Positions 50,801 through 63,792 of a stretch of DNA of 64,000 bases are shown piece by piece. This DNA comes from Ginglymostoma cirratum (Eukaryota), in the NCBI GenBank assembly GCA_024137785.1, contig JAHRHZ010000054.1:2684535-2748534 (forward strand). Reading direction: 5' to 3'. A program made the translations under genes and the position numbers. The notes beneath the pieces were generated by a model. The model saw nothing but the letters and a program-made list of their open reading frames with translations, searched no databases and was not told the DNA's origin. The number at the start of each line of letters is the position of its first letter. Position 1 is the first letter of the stretch.

Positions 50801-53455
50801 TTGAAGCAGTTGGCCGGCCTTGAGTCTCTTTGACCCACTGCTGCAGAACTGTCACCGTTCTTTGGTGGCATCTTGCCTCTTAGATTCAACCCAAGTGGAA
50901 AATGTTAACTCGATAGTTAATCAGCTGGCCTTTGTGCTCGCTTTACTGTTGGTCTCCTGAGCCTGGTTGACTTTTTCACTTTTCCGAATCAGGTAAGTAC
51001 TGTGAGAGGATGGGGTGAGTTTGGAGTTTGTTGGTTAGGTTAATGTCACTGCCATACAGCATAGACTCCTTCCATACAGCCGGATGGGTGTATGGGAGGG
51101 GGGGAAAATTAATGTGGAGAGCTGCGTGCTGATAGTTCCCAATGTAGCTGTCCTGCTGGGGGAGGTTTCCCCAGTGGTGGGACTAGACATGAATTGGTGA
51201 TCCATTGAATGGAAGTGGGCAGGCAATTATAAAACCAAAAAGACACTATTGAAGAAAATTTGGCTAGGCCACCAATTCACTCAGTGGTGAAGAATCCCCA
51301 CATACCGAATGGGAGGATATCTATTCAATGTGACCGTCCAAGGAGATTGGAGCTGGAAGCCAACACTACCACCACCCCCCCCGCCACCCAAGCATATCAT
51401 GGATGCTTATGAATGTTCCCATCCCCAACCGACAACCAATAAAATACCTATCCTACAATCCATTAGATTGGCTAAGGCATTAAATGTAAACTCTTTGCCT
51501 TCCTCAATTTCCCTGTACCCTAGCCAAGCAACCCTAGAATCCAAGGCCGTGCCTATGCCAGGAGGAATCATCTGTGGCTCAATGGGAGTGCTGTTGGCTC
51601 TTGATTTCTGGAAGATCCAAAATCCATTCCTGGGCCCTAAGGGTATCAAATTTCATTTTATTTCTTTCAACATTACAATGTAAGATCTGACGTTGAGATG
51701 TCAGCTGTAGAGTATTATTTGGGAATTAATGATCTTCCCTGCTGTCTACCGTAAAAGACCTGCCACTGAGACCAAAGATATTTGTTGCCAGATGGAAGTT
51801 AATTATTCCCTTTTATGGAAGGAGCTGCAACAGAAATATACAATTGCACAGATGGATTTGAACATTGGTCCCTGTTTATTTGGAGCGTATTAGAGGAATT
51901 AATGGATTAAAAAGTCATCCAGTTCCTTCTATTCACTGCTAACGGTCTGGTATTAACATGATAATGGAACTGTTGGCTAATCTTAGCAATCAATCTCTAA
52001 ATTACTCCAAAACAGACCCAGACGTGGCATGTGGAAAACCTTTGTGGGTCCTATAGGTTCAAAGTCACTTGTTTCTTATATGAATGCTCTACTGACTACG
52101 TTATGCAGTAAATTACTCAATGTATTGCAAAATGTTTTTTTCTGAAGGAAAAACATCAACTCAATTGTTCACTTGAGTTTCTGATGGCCATTTAGTACTT
52201 GCTGCAGCGCAGACCGAATTTGCACATTGGAACTTTGAAGTCAGGGAAGTTGAAGATTCCTATGGGCAATTTCCCCTACCCCTGGAGCCCTCAAAGTACG
52301 CATTTTAAATTGGGGAATTCAGAAGGTTCCACTGCAATTAAGTGAATAGTTACTGAGAAAAAGTTTGACAATTTAAATACCAAGTCTAACTTCTGGGTGA
52401 CTATTACGCTGACCACACACCACCTCCCCGAACTCCGCCGCACCCCCCCCCCCCCCCCCCCCGGCCAAACAAAAAATTACTACACCCCCTCAATTACATA
52501 AAGCCCAGACTCATTACACTCTCTCTGTCCCAACACCCCATACCCAGAACCTCCATACTCCCTTGCTTGAGACAACACCTAGCATCCCATCCCTACCACA
52601 ACTGCTGAGCAACGTATTCCCCAACCTACTCTGAACACTTAATCACTTGTCAGTGCCCTAACCACTTGACACTCTAACCTTGCACACACTTGGCCTTTCG
52701 CAGGAGCTATAAATGCAGCTGTTTATGCTGCTGGATATTTAAATCACCAGAATGCTGCAACTACAACAGTGAAAAATGGGATGTCATTTGCCTTCTCTTC
52801 TCTTTTCCCCCATCCGTCCAGCCCAACAACAATCTTTGTATAAGAATACAGTTCGATTGGTGGGACAATGTGTTTTTTGTTTGCAAAATGTGTAATTGGA
52901 ATCTCCTGCCGGAAATGTGGAGCTTATTTTTGGTGCAGTAATAAAGGAGCAGAGTAGCAATCTGTCTGACTGCTCCACTCCTTAGAAAATCTGGCCCATA
53001 GATCGTACCCAGGAGTTGATTATTGAGATACACCTGAGGTGGACCATAACAGAAGAAAGTGGATTGTCAACATTAAAAGGACTGATGTGTTGGCACCCCA
53101 ATTTTTGAAAAGGCTGTCAGATGGTGGCCAACCTGTGCCCTGTGGGATTCCACCACCAGCATTTTTCATTGGGTAAAGCCTGTATCTGGTTCTGTTCAGC
53201 ATCTTCCCTGAGAGCTGAGCTGAGACCTATAGCATTATACATGTGGGAATCTGCAACATTTAACAACTTTAATGTACAAAGCAGCCCATGTCATCACGTG
53301 GGCTGCATTAACTAGTGCTGCCTTCATTGTCAACCTCGGGATATTAAGATTCCTCTGGCAGTATAGCTGCTATTGTGGTGTAGAATATCTAGCTGTCAGG
53401 CAGGAACTGACAGCTAAAAGTCCCTCAAAGCAACCAGGTAATCTGTTTTGGTGAT

Positions 53456-54090
53456 AACAAGGTGTGGGGCTGGATGAACACAGCAGGCCAAGCAGCATCA
53501 TAGGAGCAGGAAAGCTTGACGTTTCGGGCCTAGACCCTTCATCATTTCTGANNNNNNNNNNNNNNNNNNNNNNNNNNNNNNNNNNNNNNNNNNNNNNNNN
53601 NNNNNNNNNNNNNNNNNNNNNNNNNNNNNNNNNNNNNNNNNNNNNNNNNNNNNNNNNNNNNNNNNNNNNNNNNNNNNNNNNNNNNNNNNNNNNNNNNNNN
53701 NNNNNNNNNNNNNNNNNNNNNNNNNNNNNNNNNNNNNNNNNNNNNNNNNNNNNNNNNNNNNNNNNNNNNNNNNNNNNNNNNNNNNNNNNNNNNNNNNNNN
53801 NNNNNNNNNNNNNNNNNNNNNNNNNNNNNNNNNNNNNNNNNNNNNNNNNNNNNNNNNNNNNNNNNNNNNNNNNNNNNNNNNNNNNNNNNNNNNNNNNNNN
53901 NNNNNNNNNNNNNNNNNNNNNNNNNNNNNNNNNNNNNNNNNNNNNNNNNNNCCTTCATCAGAAATGATGAAGGGTCTAGGCCCGAAACGTCAAGCTTTCC
54001 TGCTCCTATGATGCTGCTTGGCCTGCTGTGTTCATCCAGCCCCATACCTTGTTATCTCGGATTCTCCAGCATCTGCAGTACCTTTTTATC
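53456..54090. mobile_element. Young palindromic Penelope-derived insertion spanning the assembly gap, 14-bp TSD, inside a minus-strand Deu-SINE
   Basis: 53453-53551 is almost the exact reverse complement of 53958-54056. TCTGTTTTGGTGAT occurs at 53442-53455 and 54091-54104. Confidence 0.85.
53552..53951. other. Assembly gap (400 N)
   Basis: Run of N. Confidence 1.
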
Positions 54091-54525
54091 TCTGTTTTGG
54101 TGATGTTGGTTGATGGATAAGGAAAGTTAGTTTTCCTTTGGCATAGACTCAATAGTCTGGGCCCTTTTTAACTGTAATTCTCTACAACCCTAAGAATTGG
54201 CCAAAACATTGGGTAAACTCCCCTTCGTTAAAATATTTCCACAGAATCCTTCACATGAAGGTATCTGAAAGTTAACACTTCCATCAGTGCAGCTCTTGTT
54301 CCGTGATGTACTGGATTGTCAGCCTTCTTCCTCCTGCTTTGAAATCGAGACTTGCAACACAATTTGAAACCAGCCTCTTCGCCTGTCCTCCTTCCTGCCT
54401 TTAAATCTCTGGCCTTTAAACCCTATGACTGAACCAAAAATTCTGGATGACAAGCAAAAATCTATCATTGCTTTAAAACCTCGACCCACATTTCATGAGT
54501 TCATTGATTTCTGTTTCTCTTGCAG

Positions 54526-54791
54526 GTTTTAAAGAAACTGCCTTCCTATATGCCATCTCTTCTGCTGGATTGACCCATGCCCTTGCCAAGGCTTGCAGCG
54601 CTGGACGAATGGAGCGATGTACCTGTGATGAAGCTCCTGACTTGGAAAACCGGGAAGCTTGGCAGTGGGGAGGCTGTGGTGACAATCTCAAGTACAGCAA
54701 CAAGTTTGTCAAAGAGTTTATGGGGCAAAAGAAATCCAACAAAGATTTACGAGCGCGCGTAGATCTGCACAACACCAACGTTGGTGTCAAG
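54526..54791 (+). CDS. wnt9a: Wnt9a coding exon 3 ([54 protein letters not shown]...[10 protein letters not shown])
   Basis: Acceptor ttctcttgcag| at 54525; phase-0 donor AAG|gtgagt at 54792. Canonical Wnt motifs KETAF, Cx[12 protein letters not shown]. Overlaps ORF 54495..54809. Confidence 0.97.
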
Positions 54792-57489
54792 GTGAGTGAT
54801 CGTCAGTGACCAAGTTGATTTTACTTTTAAAGGGTAATTAAATCAGTATTGTTGTTTGTATCAGTTTGTAGTCATCTTGACTCCAGGGCTTGAGCGAATC
54901 AGCTAGGCTAATATTTCATGCTTAAGGAAACAAATGACCCTGTTCCTGTTCCTATATTCCTTGACACATTTTCTAAGAGTTTGTCTGCACATGCAGTGAA
55001 ATGAGATAATTCCAGGGCTCAGTCTGAAGCCGCAAAAGAACTGCTCCATGAAGGTGCATTTTCCAAGACTTAAATATTTCTGATGTCCATAGTACATACA
55101 TGGTGAATGATGACCTTGTACATTCAGCCTACTTCTGACAACATTTCACAGCCGCAGAGTGCAAAAGAATGCCCGTCCTAGCACTTCAAGGATTTAAGAT
55201 GAAACTTCCCAACACACTATTCACTGGGAATTTGGGAAGTGGGAAGTATTCCTCACCAGTCTAGCTGTAGCCAAATCAACTAAAGTTTCAGCTGTTCAAA
55301 AAGAACTACAACCAGCTTATGGATGGGAAGTAAATGCCGGCCTTGCTAACATCGGCCACATCTCAAACAACAATAATTGCTAAAATGAGTTACTTTAGAA
55401 ACACATGAAAATAAATGCTAGCAGCAACATTCCGCAAACAGTAATCAGGCAAATTTTGAAGAAGCCATTTGCCCTTTGTTTGAGGGAGGAACATTTGCTG
55501 AGACATTAGTAGAACATTCTTCTTCTTTGGTGTCAAGCGATTGTTAAGCTCTATCTAATGCCTCACCCCGCACGACTTGAAAATGTTTAAAGCTTATCAC
55601 TGCAACACTAAAGTGCCTGCCTGGTTCTGATTTGTGATTTGAATTGACGATATTTTCACTCTGGAGGGAAGCCTTCTCCCAATTGACCCCTTTCCTACTT
55701 GTTTCTGATTTGACAATTATGACCCAATTAAAGGGCACAATTGCCATAGCAGATCTTTTTTATTGTCACACTCTAATGTGCCAGAGGAATTAGAAGGTCT
55801 TGTTCACCATTACCCGAAGGGTGGTAAGTTACACATGGCTGTTTTAGCAGTGATTTCGTGTGTAACCAATGGGGTTCTTTGTCAATGAGTTGAGTTGCAC
55901 CATCACATCAGATTGGGGAAAAAAAATAAACTGCCAAATGCTTTCTAGGAAGGTTTTCTTAAAGGCTAACTCCATCTTTAATCAATGGGTGCATGGCCAC
56001 TCCTGGATTTCGATATCACCATCGGACTCTGCAACATGCAGCTGACTTTAATAAAACCCAAGAGTTGCCAAGCTATTTGCCTTTGTAGTAGAGAGAACCT
56101 AATACAGCTTTTAAGTTTGTTTTTTGATGCTAATGTGGGGCTTGTAACGAGACCAATCTAATGTAGAAATACATACAGTTAGGCAGGGGGTGAAAAAAAC
56201 AGAGGGAATGCTTCCAGCTCCCAGTTTGGGAACAAACTACTCTAAGGAATTCATACTAATGTTGTAGGTTCTTTTATTACAACCCCAGCCTTCAGACATG
56301 CAGTTTCCATTCCATTCCTGTGTATTATGTAGACCACCTGTCTAAACTTCTGCAGCCCCTTGTGCTAGAAACCATACAGTTCAATTTCACTCCTTCCTCC
56401 CCTTTTTGTACCAAGCCATCAGCACTGACAGCAACAGGTCAGATATAGTGATACAGGACATGGTGGGGGCAGGTGGTGGTGATGATGAATTTGTGCAAAG
56501 GGTGGGATTTCTCCCACTAAAGTCTTCATGAAGAAGCTGAAGAGCTGTAGGGCTACACAAGGGAAAATTCAGGGTCTAAACCAGTTTGCACTGTCCCATC
56601 ATATCCTACTTTTTTTTCTAAAAGGAGTCTCTCCAAAACTATCCGCTTGTATGGCCACCTCCCATGTTAACACAGCACAAAGCTGTGATTGTTGTTGCCG
56701 CCTAATGGATGAAATCTTTCTAAGGTGGACCCAACCTTCCAAGCATCAACATTGCGTAGTCACAGTGAACGACGTGTGGCTTAGACACTGTAGAGGATTG
56801 CTTGACAGCTGCCTAAAACATGCCTTGCCCTGACCCACCTCACTAATTATAAATACCACTAAGGGCCATAATGCTGTGGTGATAGGCCACCTGCGAAGGT
56901 CTGCACCCTTGTGTCAACAGCTCAATAGTAGCACGCAACAAAACAATTTCTTGCCATTGTTTCATCCAGCACATACAATGGGTACAGCACCTTTCATCCT
57001 ACACCAAATCTGGGTACAATCCAGCTTCCAACCCACCTCTCCTACTCTCAAGACTGAAACTAATTGAAAGACGCATCAATATGGATTACTACCAACCCGC
57101 TAGACAGCTAATGGTGTGTGAATTGTAAACTGACACGTAAAGGTTGGTTAGCAAACAACTCCATTACTTGCAAAATCCTGCAACTACCAGGAGGTAAGAG
57201 GGAATCTAGATGGCTGGTGATCAGTGTTTCATCGAACAATTCCTGTTCCAATTTACATGTGTCATAGCACACTCTGGTGTGTGTATATACTTAAAAACAA
57301 TGTCAGCAACTCAACTGGGTTTCTTGGGTTGGGAGTTGGGCTTTTACGTTCACCTGTTGCTTTTCCAGTTTCCTGTTGTGACAGAGCTTAAATGGTCTCT
57401 GGTCATGCCTGTTAAAATCCATTCATCTTTGTGGCTTTGACAGTGACAGACCTGTTGTCTCTTGGCAGCAGAATGAAAAGCTAGCAATA

Positions 57490-59375
57490 TCAATAAAGGT
57501 GATTTATAAAATTAGCATATTATTTTAAAAAACCCAACTGCTCCTTAACATTTTAGGAAAAAAAGCTGCCTCCTTGCCCTGCCCGGTTTACATATAACTC
57601 CAGACCCAACAGAATGTGGTTTACTCAACTGCTTTCTGACATGACATTGCAAGCCTCTCGGGTGACTAAAATCACTGCTGAACTAATAAGTTAACCGGGC
57701 AGACGACCTGACATCCAACTAGGCACCAGATACACAGCCGTGTCGGACCTGTCAATCCCGAAATCTGGGGTGTTCAGCCAAAATTTGATAAGCTGTTCAT
57801 TAGATTCTATTTTATTTAATCCAACTCCGAGCTATGCATGTCACAGATGTTCCTGACTCCTCCTCCAGCATCTGTAGAAATGTGCTGTCAGGAGGTGTAC
57901 AGCCAAGAGGGCATTGCCTTGGGAGTTCTCAATATTACTGTGGGCCCCATGAAGCCTATGACATTGGGGCAAACATGGACAAGGAGACTTCCCACCCCCA
58001 TGACATCCACCACCCTGCTTCAATGAAAGAGTACATGTGGAACATCCTTTGGAAAAAGCACCATGGACAACAAGAGGAAAGTGTGCAATGTGTGATGGCT
58101 TTCAGCTTTCACCATCGCCAACAGTAGCTCAGCATTGCCATTATCAAACAATTTGACTTGGCCTTGAAAGACACGTCAGGTTGGGTGAGAGAACCAACAT
58201 GAGGCTGGGGGGTAGTGGGGAGCGGGCGGGGAAGTAAAGTAGAAAACTCTCCATCCTTTTCTTGTTGGTCAGTCTACTGTCAATTGGTAGCTTGAGTCCT
58301 TATTTGCCGTCTGGATCAAAACTATCCTTTTGACTGAATGTAACATTGAAGGCCACTGGTAAATTTGAGGTCAGTGAGAACTAGGGTAAAGTCACCACTG
58401 ACTGAAGGAAGATGGTTGTGGTTGCAGACACAATGGGTTGAATAGTCGTCTTCTGTGCCATAACACTTCGATTTGTTGGAGTCAGTCCTCTCGCTCTCGC
58501 TCTCGCTCTCGCTCTCAGGATATCTCTTCAGGAACACCTCAGTAGTGTCCCAGGTCCAATTTTTTTCAGATGCTTTATCAATGATCTTGTCTCCAATGTC
58601 CGATCTGAATTGGGAATGGTTGACTGTGTGCATTGTTCATTTGAAACTCCTCTGATAATGAAGCAGTCTTACCTGCATGAAAACCTGGAAAACTTTCAGA
58701 CTTGGGCTGATACTTGACCAGTAACAACAGAATCTAAACACCTTTCCATCACATTGGCATTACTGAATTGCTTGTCATCAATATCCTGGTCATCGCCATT
58801 AATCAAAAAGGTGACTGACTGACTCAGTCACATCATTGAGGCTACAAGAGTGCATCAGAGGCTAGGAATTCTGCAACACACGGGTCACTTCCTGACTCCT
58901 CAGCTTTTCCATTATCTACAAATCACCCTTCAGGACTGTGACATTCTCCAGGACAAAACCACCTTTTTGTTTTTTTTTTTTTTTTTTGCCACCCAATCTA
59001 ACCCCTGAATAATTTACACCCTCCGTCACTCGTGCTGCGGTGCGAACCAGCTACAAGATGAATTGCAGCCACTTGCCAAGGCTCTCTTCAACAGCACCTC
59101 TCAAACACAACATCTCTATGCCTAGAAGGACAAGGGCAGCAGCTGCATTGGCACAGTTCCCCAACATTTCTCACGCAACATGCTGATTTGGAAATATTTC
59201 ACTGTTCCTTCGCTGCTGTGTCAAAATCCTGGAACTCCATCCATAACAGCACTGAGTATGCTTTCACCACACAACCTGCAGGAAGTCCATTCACCATCCC
59301 CTTCGAGTTCAATTCAGGTTGCACAATAAATTCTAGCCTTGCTAGGGAAATTCACATCCTAGACATGAGTATAAA
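57490..59375 (+). mobile_element. Internally deleted, decayed CR1-group (L2/Crack-like) LINE: family-B-like 5' region, APE endonuclease, RT, tail
   Basis: APE remnants VPDSSSS / VYSQEGIALGVLNI / GPHE (ORFs 57834, 57838); RT remnants RKMVVV...SQDISSGTPQ...CFINDL; C-terminus RRTRAA, SWNSI; tail caataaattctagccttgctagggaaattcacatcc. Confidence 0.7.
58488..58516. repeat. (CTCTCG)n microsatellite, ~5 units
   Basis: ctctcgctctcgctctcgctctcgctctc directly visible. Confidence 0.95.
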
Positions 59376-60760
59376 AATACTGAGCATGCTACACGGTGTA
59401 ACAATCTTGTCCTTATTAAACAGAATATCATAGATTATCCTGAGCAATACCCAGGAGATCCAATGTGGAGGTGCATCAGAGCAGGTAGATCGTGGGTGAA
59501 AGTAACCCATAGGATCAATGGACTGAATGGCCTATTCTCTTTACTGGGACATTCTTTGATCTGTTTTTTTTTTAATGGGCAATAGTTCTAAAGCTGCTTT
59601 TTGGCTATTTTTCAAGAAGACTGGTTCTGATCTGTAGCTTTCTGTTATTCAAGAAATTTGTCTTGTGATGTTTACATTTTTTTAAAATTTTTTTCCTTGA
59701 ATTCCTTTCACATTTTAAAGAGCACATCTGATTCTAATAAAACGTCAGACATGTAATTGTTTTCTTTTTATTATGTGCTGATAAATGGTAATGTATTCCA
59801 GAAATCTTCCTATGGACCACAAGAAGGGAGATGGAGAGGGTGGAGCAGATAATGCCCTTTGGAAAGGGAGGCAGCCCATTTTGAGTCTGCGCCATCAATT
59901 TATTTAGCTGTGCCAGCTCTCTTTTTGAACCTCAGTAATTCTTAAATATTTCAGTTGATGACTGAGTTTAATCTCACTCCAGAACTTTAATCTGTAATCT
60001 AAGACGTTACTTCAGTGCAGTAATGAAGTGCTGCAGTGTCAGAGGTGCCATCCTCCGGCTTTGTATCTCCTTGTTTGATGAGGGATGGGAGGTTTCCCCA
60101 CTCCATAATAAAATTCACCCCTTTGTTTGCTCATGCTGCTTGGGAAGATGTCAAAGTTTCAAAAAATTGCAAACAAAGCAGGAAATCTGCTTGGTATATT
60201 GGTCAAAGGAAATAAGGTTGTTTCCTTGTTTAGTACCTACTCTGCATTGCTGTGAACACTTCTGCTTCACTCACCAGTGTAGACTCATAGTCTCTTTGGA
60301 GCTGCAATCGTTCAACTGCTACACTTGCTGAAGTACAGGTACAATTAGCCCAGAGGAAATTCTCCATCTCGTCACTGCATACCAGTTGGGAAGCTGTTTT
60401 GAAGTGTGATAATGTGATTATATAAATCCCAATTCTTTCTTTTATGTAAAGACTGTTTTGCCTGGAGGCATTTTTAACCAGCTCAGTTTTAACTGTCAGA
60501 TTATGAATTGACAAGTTCAGGAGGGAGCCTGTGATATTTATGCATGAGAAACATGGGTAGACTTTGAACTTGTTTGAGCATAAAACTCAAAATACAGAGT
60601 CCACTTCTTACAAAATCTTTCACCACAGAAGTAACATTTGGTAGCTTTTTTTAACTGGTATTTGATCCACCACCCTTTTTTAATGCCAAATTTAAACTCT
60701 GCTGCATAACATCTGGATTGACCAAATGCTATTGACTTCACTGAGCCTTGGTCCAATAGA

Positions 60761-63545
60761 TCATAAACCATAAGATATAGGAGTGAAACTATGCCATTCG
60801 GTCCATCATCTCTGCTTTGCCATTCAGTCATGGCTAATATGTTTCTCAACCCTATTGCCCTGCATTCTCCCCACAATCCTTGATTTCCCCCTTACCAATC
60901 TGAAACCTATCTGTCTTAAATATACTCAATGACTTGACTTCTCCAGCTCTCTGTGGCAATTAATCCCACAGATTTGTCACCCTCTGGCTGAAGATATTCC
61001 TCCTTGTCTGAGTTCAAAAGCGTCATCCCTTCACTGTGAGTCTGTGCCTTTGGCTCCTACTAGTAGAGACATCTTCTCCACATCCACTTTACCCAGACCT
61101 TTCTTTATTCTATACATTTCTATCAGATCCTCCCTTCAACCTTGACTCCAAGAACAGACCTTTTGACTCCTGAACAGATCCTCATATGACAGGCCCTTCA
61201 CCCTGGGATCATTCTTGTAAACCTTCTCTGGACCCACTCCAAAGCCAGCGTGTTCTTTTCTTAGATATGAGGCCCAAATGCGGTCTGACCGGCATGTCAT
61301 ACAACCTCAGCAGGACATCTCTGCTCTTGTACTCTAGCCCTCTTGAAATGAATGGCAACATTGCATTTGCCTTACTAATTGTGCAGGCTCAGTCAGCATT
61401 CTTAAGAGAATCCTGAACTAGGACTTCCAAGTCCATTTGCACTTCAGACTTCCAAAGCCATTCCCTGTTTAGAAAATAGTCTATGCCTCCATCCTATGTA
61501 CTAAAGTATATAACCTAATACTTTCCCACTTGTATTTCATCTGCCACTACTTTGCCCACTTGCCTAACATGCCCAAGTCCTTCTGCTGCCTTCCTGCTTC
61601 CTCAACACTACTTGCCCCTCCAACTACCTTTTGTGTCATCTGTAAACATGATGACAATGCCCTCTGTTCCTTCATCCAGATCGTTAATGCATCATGTGAA
61701 TAGTTGTGGTTCCAACACTGACCCCTGTGGAATTCCACTAGTCACCGTCTACCATTTGAAAAGGACCGTTTATCCCTACTCTCTGCCTTGTGCCAGTCAG
61801 CCAATCCTCTAGCTGTGTCAGTACTTGCCCCTAACACCAGAGTTCTTATCTCACCTGTGCAGCACCATATCATAGACCTCCTGGAAATCACATACACTGG
61901 CTCTCCTTTCATCTACATTGCTCATTCTGTCCTCAAAGAATTCTAATAGATTTGTCAGGTGTGACTGCCCCTTGATGAGGCCGTCCTGACTCTGCCCTAT
62001 TTTCCTAGTATTCCGCAATCTCATCCTTAATAATGGACTCCGATATCACCAATGGCCAAGGTCAGGGTAACCGGCCTATCGTTTCCTGTCTTCTGCCTCC
62101 CTCCCTCCTTAAATAAGGGTGTTACATTAGCATTTTCCAGTCCTCTGGGACCCTCCCCTGACTCTAGTGAAAGATCACCACTAATGCCTCAACCATCTCC
62201 TCCGATTATTCCCTTCAGAACTCTGAGGTGTAGCCCATCTAGTTGGTTGATTTATCCACCTTCAGACCTTTCAGCATCGCCAGCACTTTCTCCTTACAGA
62301 AGGCCAATAGCCCTGCCCCCTGACTCTTTAAGTTCTGATCTGCTATAGGCATTTTCCACCATGAAGACTGGTACAAAGTACTTATTCAGTTCCTCTGCCA
62401 TTTCTTTGGTCCCTAATTAGTACTTCGCCACCCTCATTTTCCAGCAGTCCAAAGTTCTCCCGCTTTTTTTTTTGATATCTTTAAACTCTTGCAATCTTCT
62501 TTCTTATTGGCTAGCTTACTCTTATTTCACTTGCTTTCCCCCATTGTAGTTATCCTCTGGTTCTTAATTCTTTGGCTTTTTCTTTTGCTTTTGTGCTGTC
62601 CCTGACTTGTGGTCAGCCATGGTTACCATGTGGCCCAGAATCCACAGTATTTTGCCCTTGGCTTGTTGCACGATCCTTCATTTTGCCTTCCTTCCCTTAG
62701 TATGTTTTCCCTACTATGGGATTAAGTTCTTCTGCACCTCCCAAATTACCGTCCAACTCCTGCCATTCCTGCTCCAGTGTCTTCCCTGCTAGGCACCCCT
62801 TCCAATCAACTCTGACCAGCTCCTGCCTTATGTCTTTGTAGTTACGTTTACTCAATTGTAATACTATTGCATCTGATCCCAGTGTCTCCCTATCAAACTG
62901 CAGGGTGAATTCAATCATATCATTAGTCATTGCCACCTAGAAGTTCCTTCACCCTACGCTCCCCTGTCAAGTCTGCCTCATTACACTACACATCACCAAA
63001 TCCAGAACTATCTGTTCCCTAGTGGACTCTACCACAAAATCATAGAAGTTCTACAGTGTGGAAACAGGCACTTCAGCCCAACAAGTCCCTATTGACCCTC
63101 AGCCTCCCACCCAGACCCATTTCCCCATGACCCACCTAATCTGCGCATCCCTGAATGCTGCAGGCAATTTAGCTTGGCCAATCCACCTACCTTGCACATC
63201 TTTGGACTGTGGAAGGAAACCCACACAGACACGGGGAGAATGTAGAAACCCCACAGTGTCCTGAGGGTGGAATTGAGCCCGAGTCCCTGGTGCTGTGAGG
63301 CAGCAGGGCTACCCACTGAGCCACCGTGCTGCCCTGATGCTCAAAAAAAATTGTAGACATTACACAAACTCCTTTTCTTGATCAGCTACCAACCTGATTT
63401 TTCCCAGTCCACTTACACATTGAAGCCCCCTATGATAAATGTAATGGTGCCTTTCTTGTATGCCTGTTTTATCTCCTGACTTACTTTCTATTCCACATGT
63501 TGACCACTGCACTGAGACCTGTCCACAATTCTCACCAGGATTTTT
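60761..63545 (-). mobile_element. Long decayed CR1 LINE (ORF2 endonuclease through 3' tail)
   Basis: Tail cataaaccataagatataggag; minus-strand RT motifs (GIPQGSVLEPQLF, FTDDTK, YRPVTL) and the ETLGS...KRNYKDIRQELVRVDW region (ORF 62697..62936). Confidence 0.9.
63040..63334 (-). mobile_element. HE1/V-SINE-like SINE inserted in the CR1
   Basis: Minus strand starts GGGCAGCACGGTGGCTCAGTGGGTAGC; tail catagaagttctacagtgtggaaacagg. Confidence 0.9.
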
Positions 63546-63621
63546 TTCTGTGCTGATCAGATTTCCTTCCCACACAACCTGGTAATCCCCCACTTTAAGA
63601 AATGATAAGACAATTTCCCAA

Positions 63622-63792
63622 GAGATAATAGGAACTGCAGATGCTAGAGAATCTGAGATAACAAGGTGTAGAGCTGGACGAACACAGCAGGCCAAGCACC
63701 CTGATGAAGGGTCTAGGCCCGAAACATCAAGATTTCCTGCTCCTCTGCTGCTTGGTCTGCTGTGTTCATCCAGCTCTACACCTTGTTATCTC
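63622..63792. mobile_element. 171-bp fold-back Penelope-derived insertion with 14-bp TSD
   Basis: AGACAATTTCCCAA at 63608-63621 and 63793-63806; 47-bp inverted arms 63652-63698 / 63749-63795 with 2 mismatches. Confidence 0.88.
63701..63728 (+). ncRNA. Minimal hammerhead-ribozyme-like core (CUGAUGA-A-GGGU-CUAG-GCCC-GAAAC-AUC)
   Basis: Conserved CUGANGA and GAAA boxes around a short stem II. The sister copy at 53964-53991 keeps the palindromic GAAACGUC of dimeric PLE hammerheads; this copy has a CpG-type G>A change. Confidence 0.55.

Noticed and set aside
53464-54045. Two 167-aa ORFs (53464..53967 + and 53542..54045 -) with identical N-termini
   Set aside because: Artefacts of reading through the N gap from the two arms of an inverted repeat.
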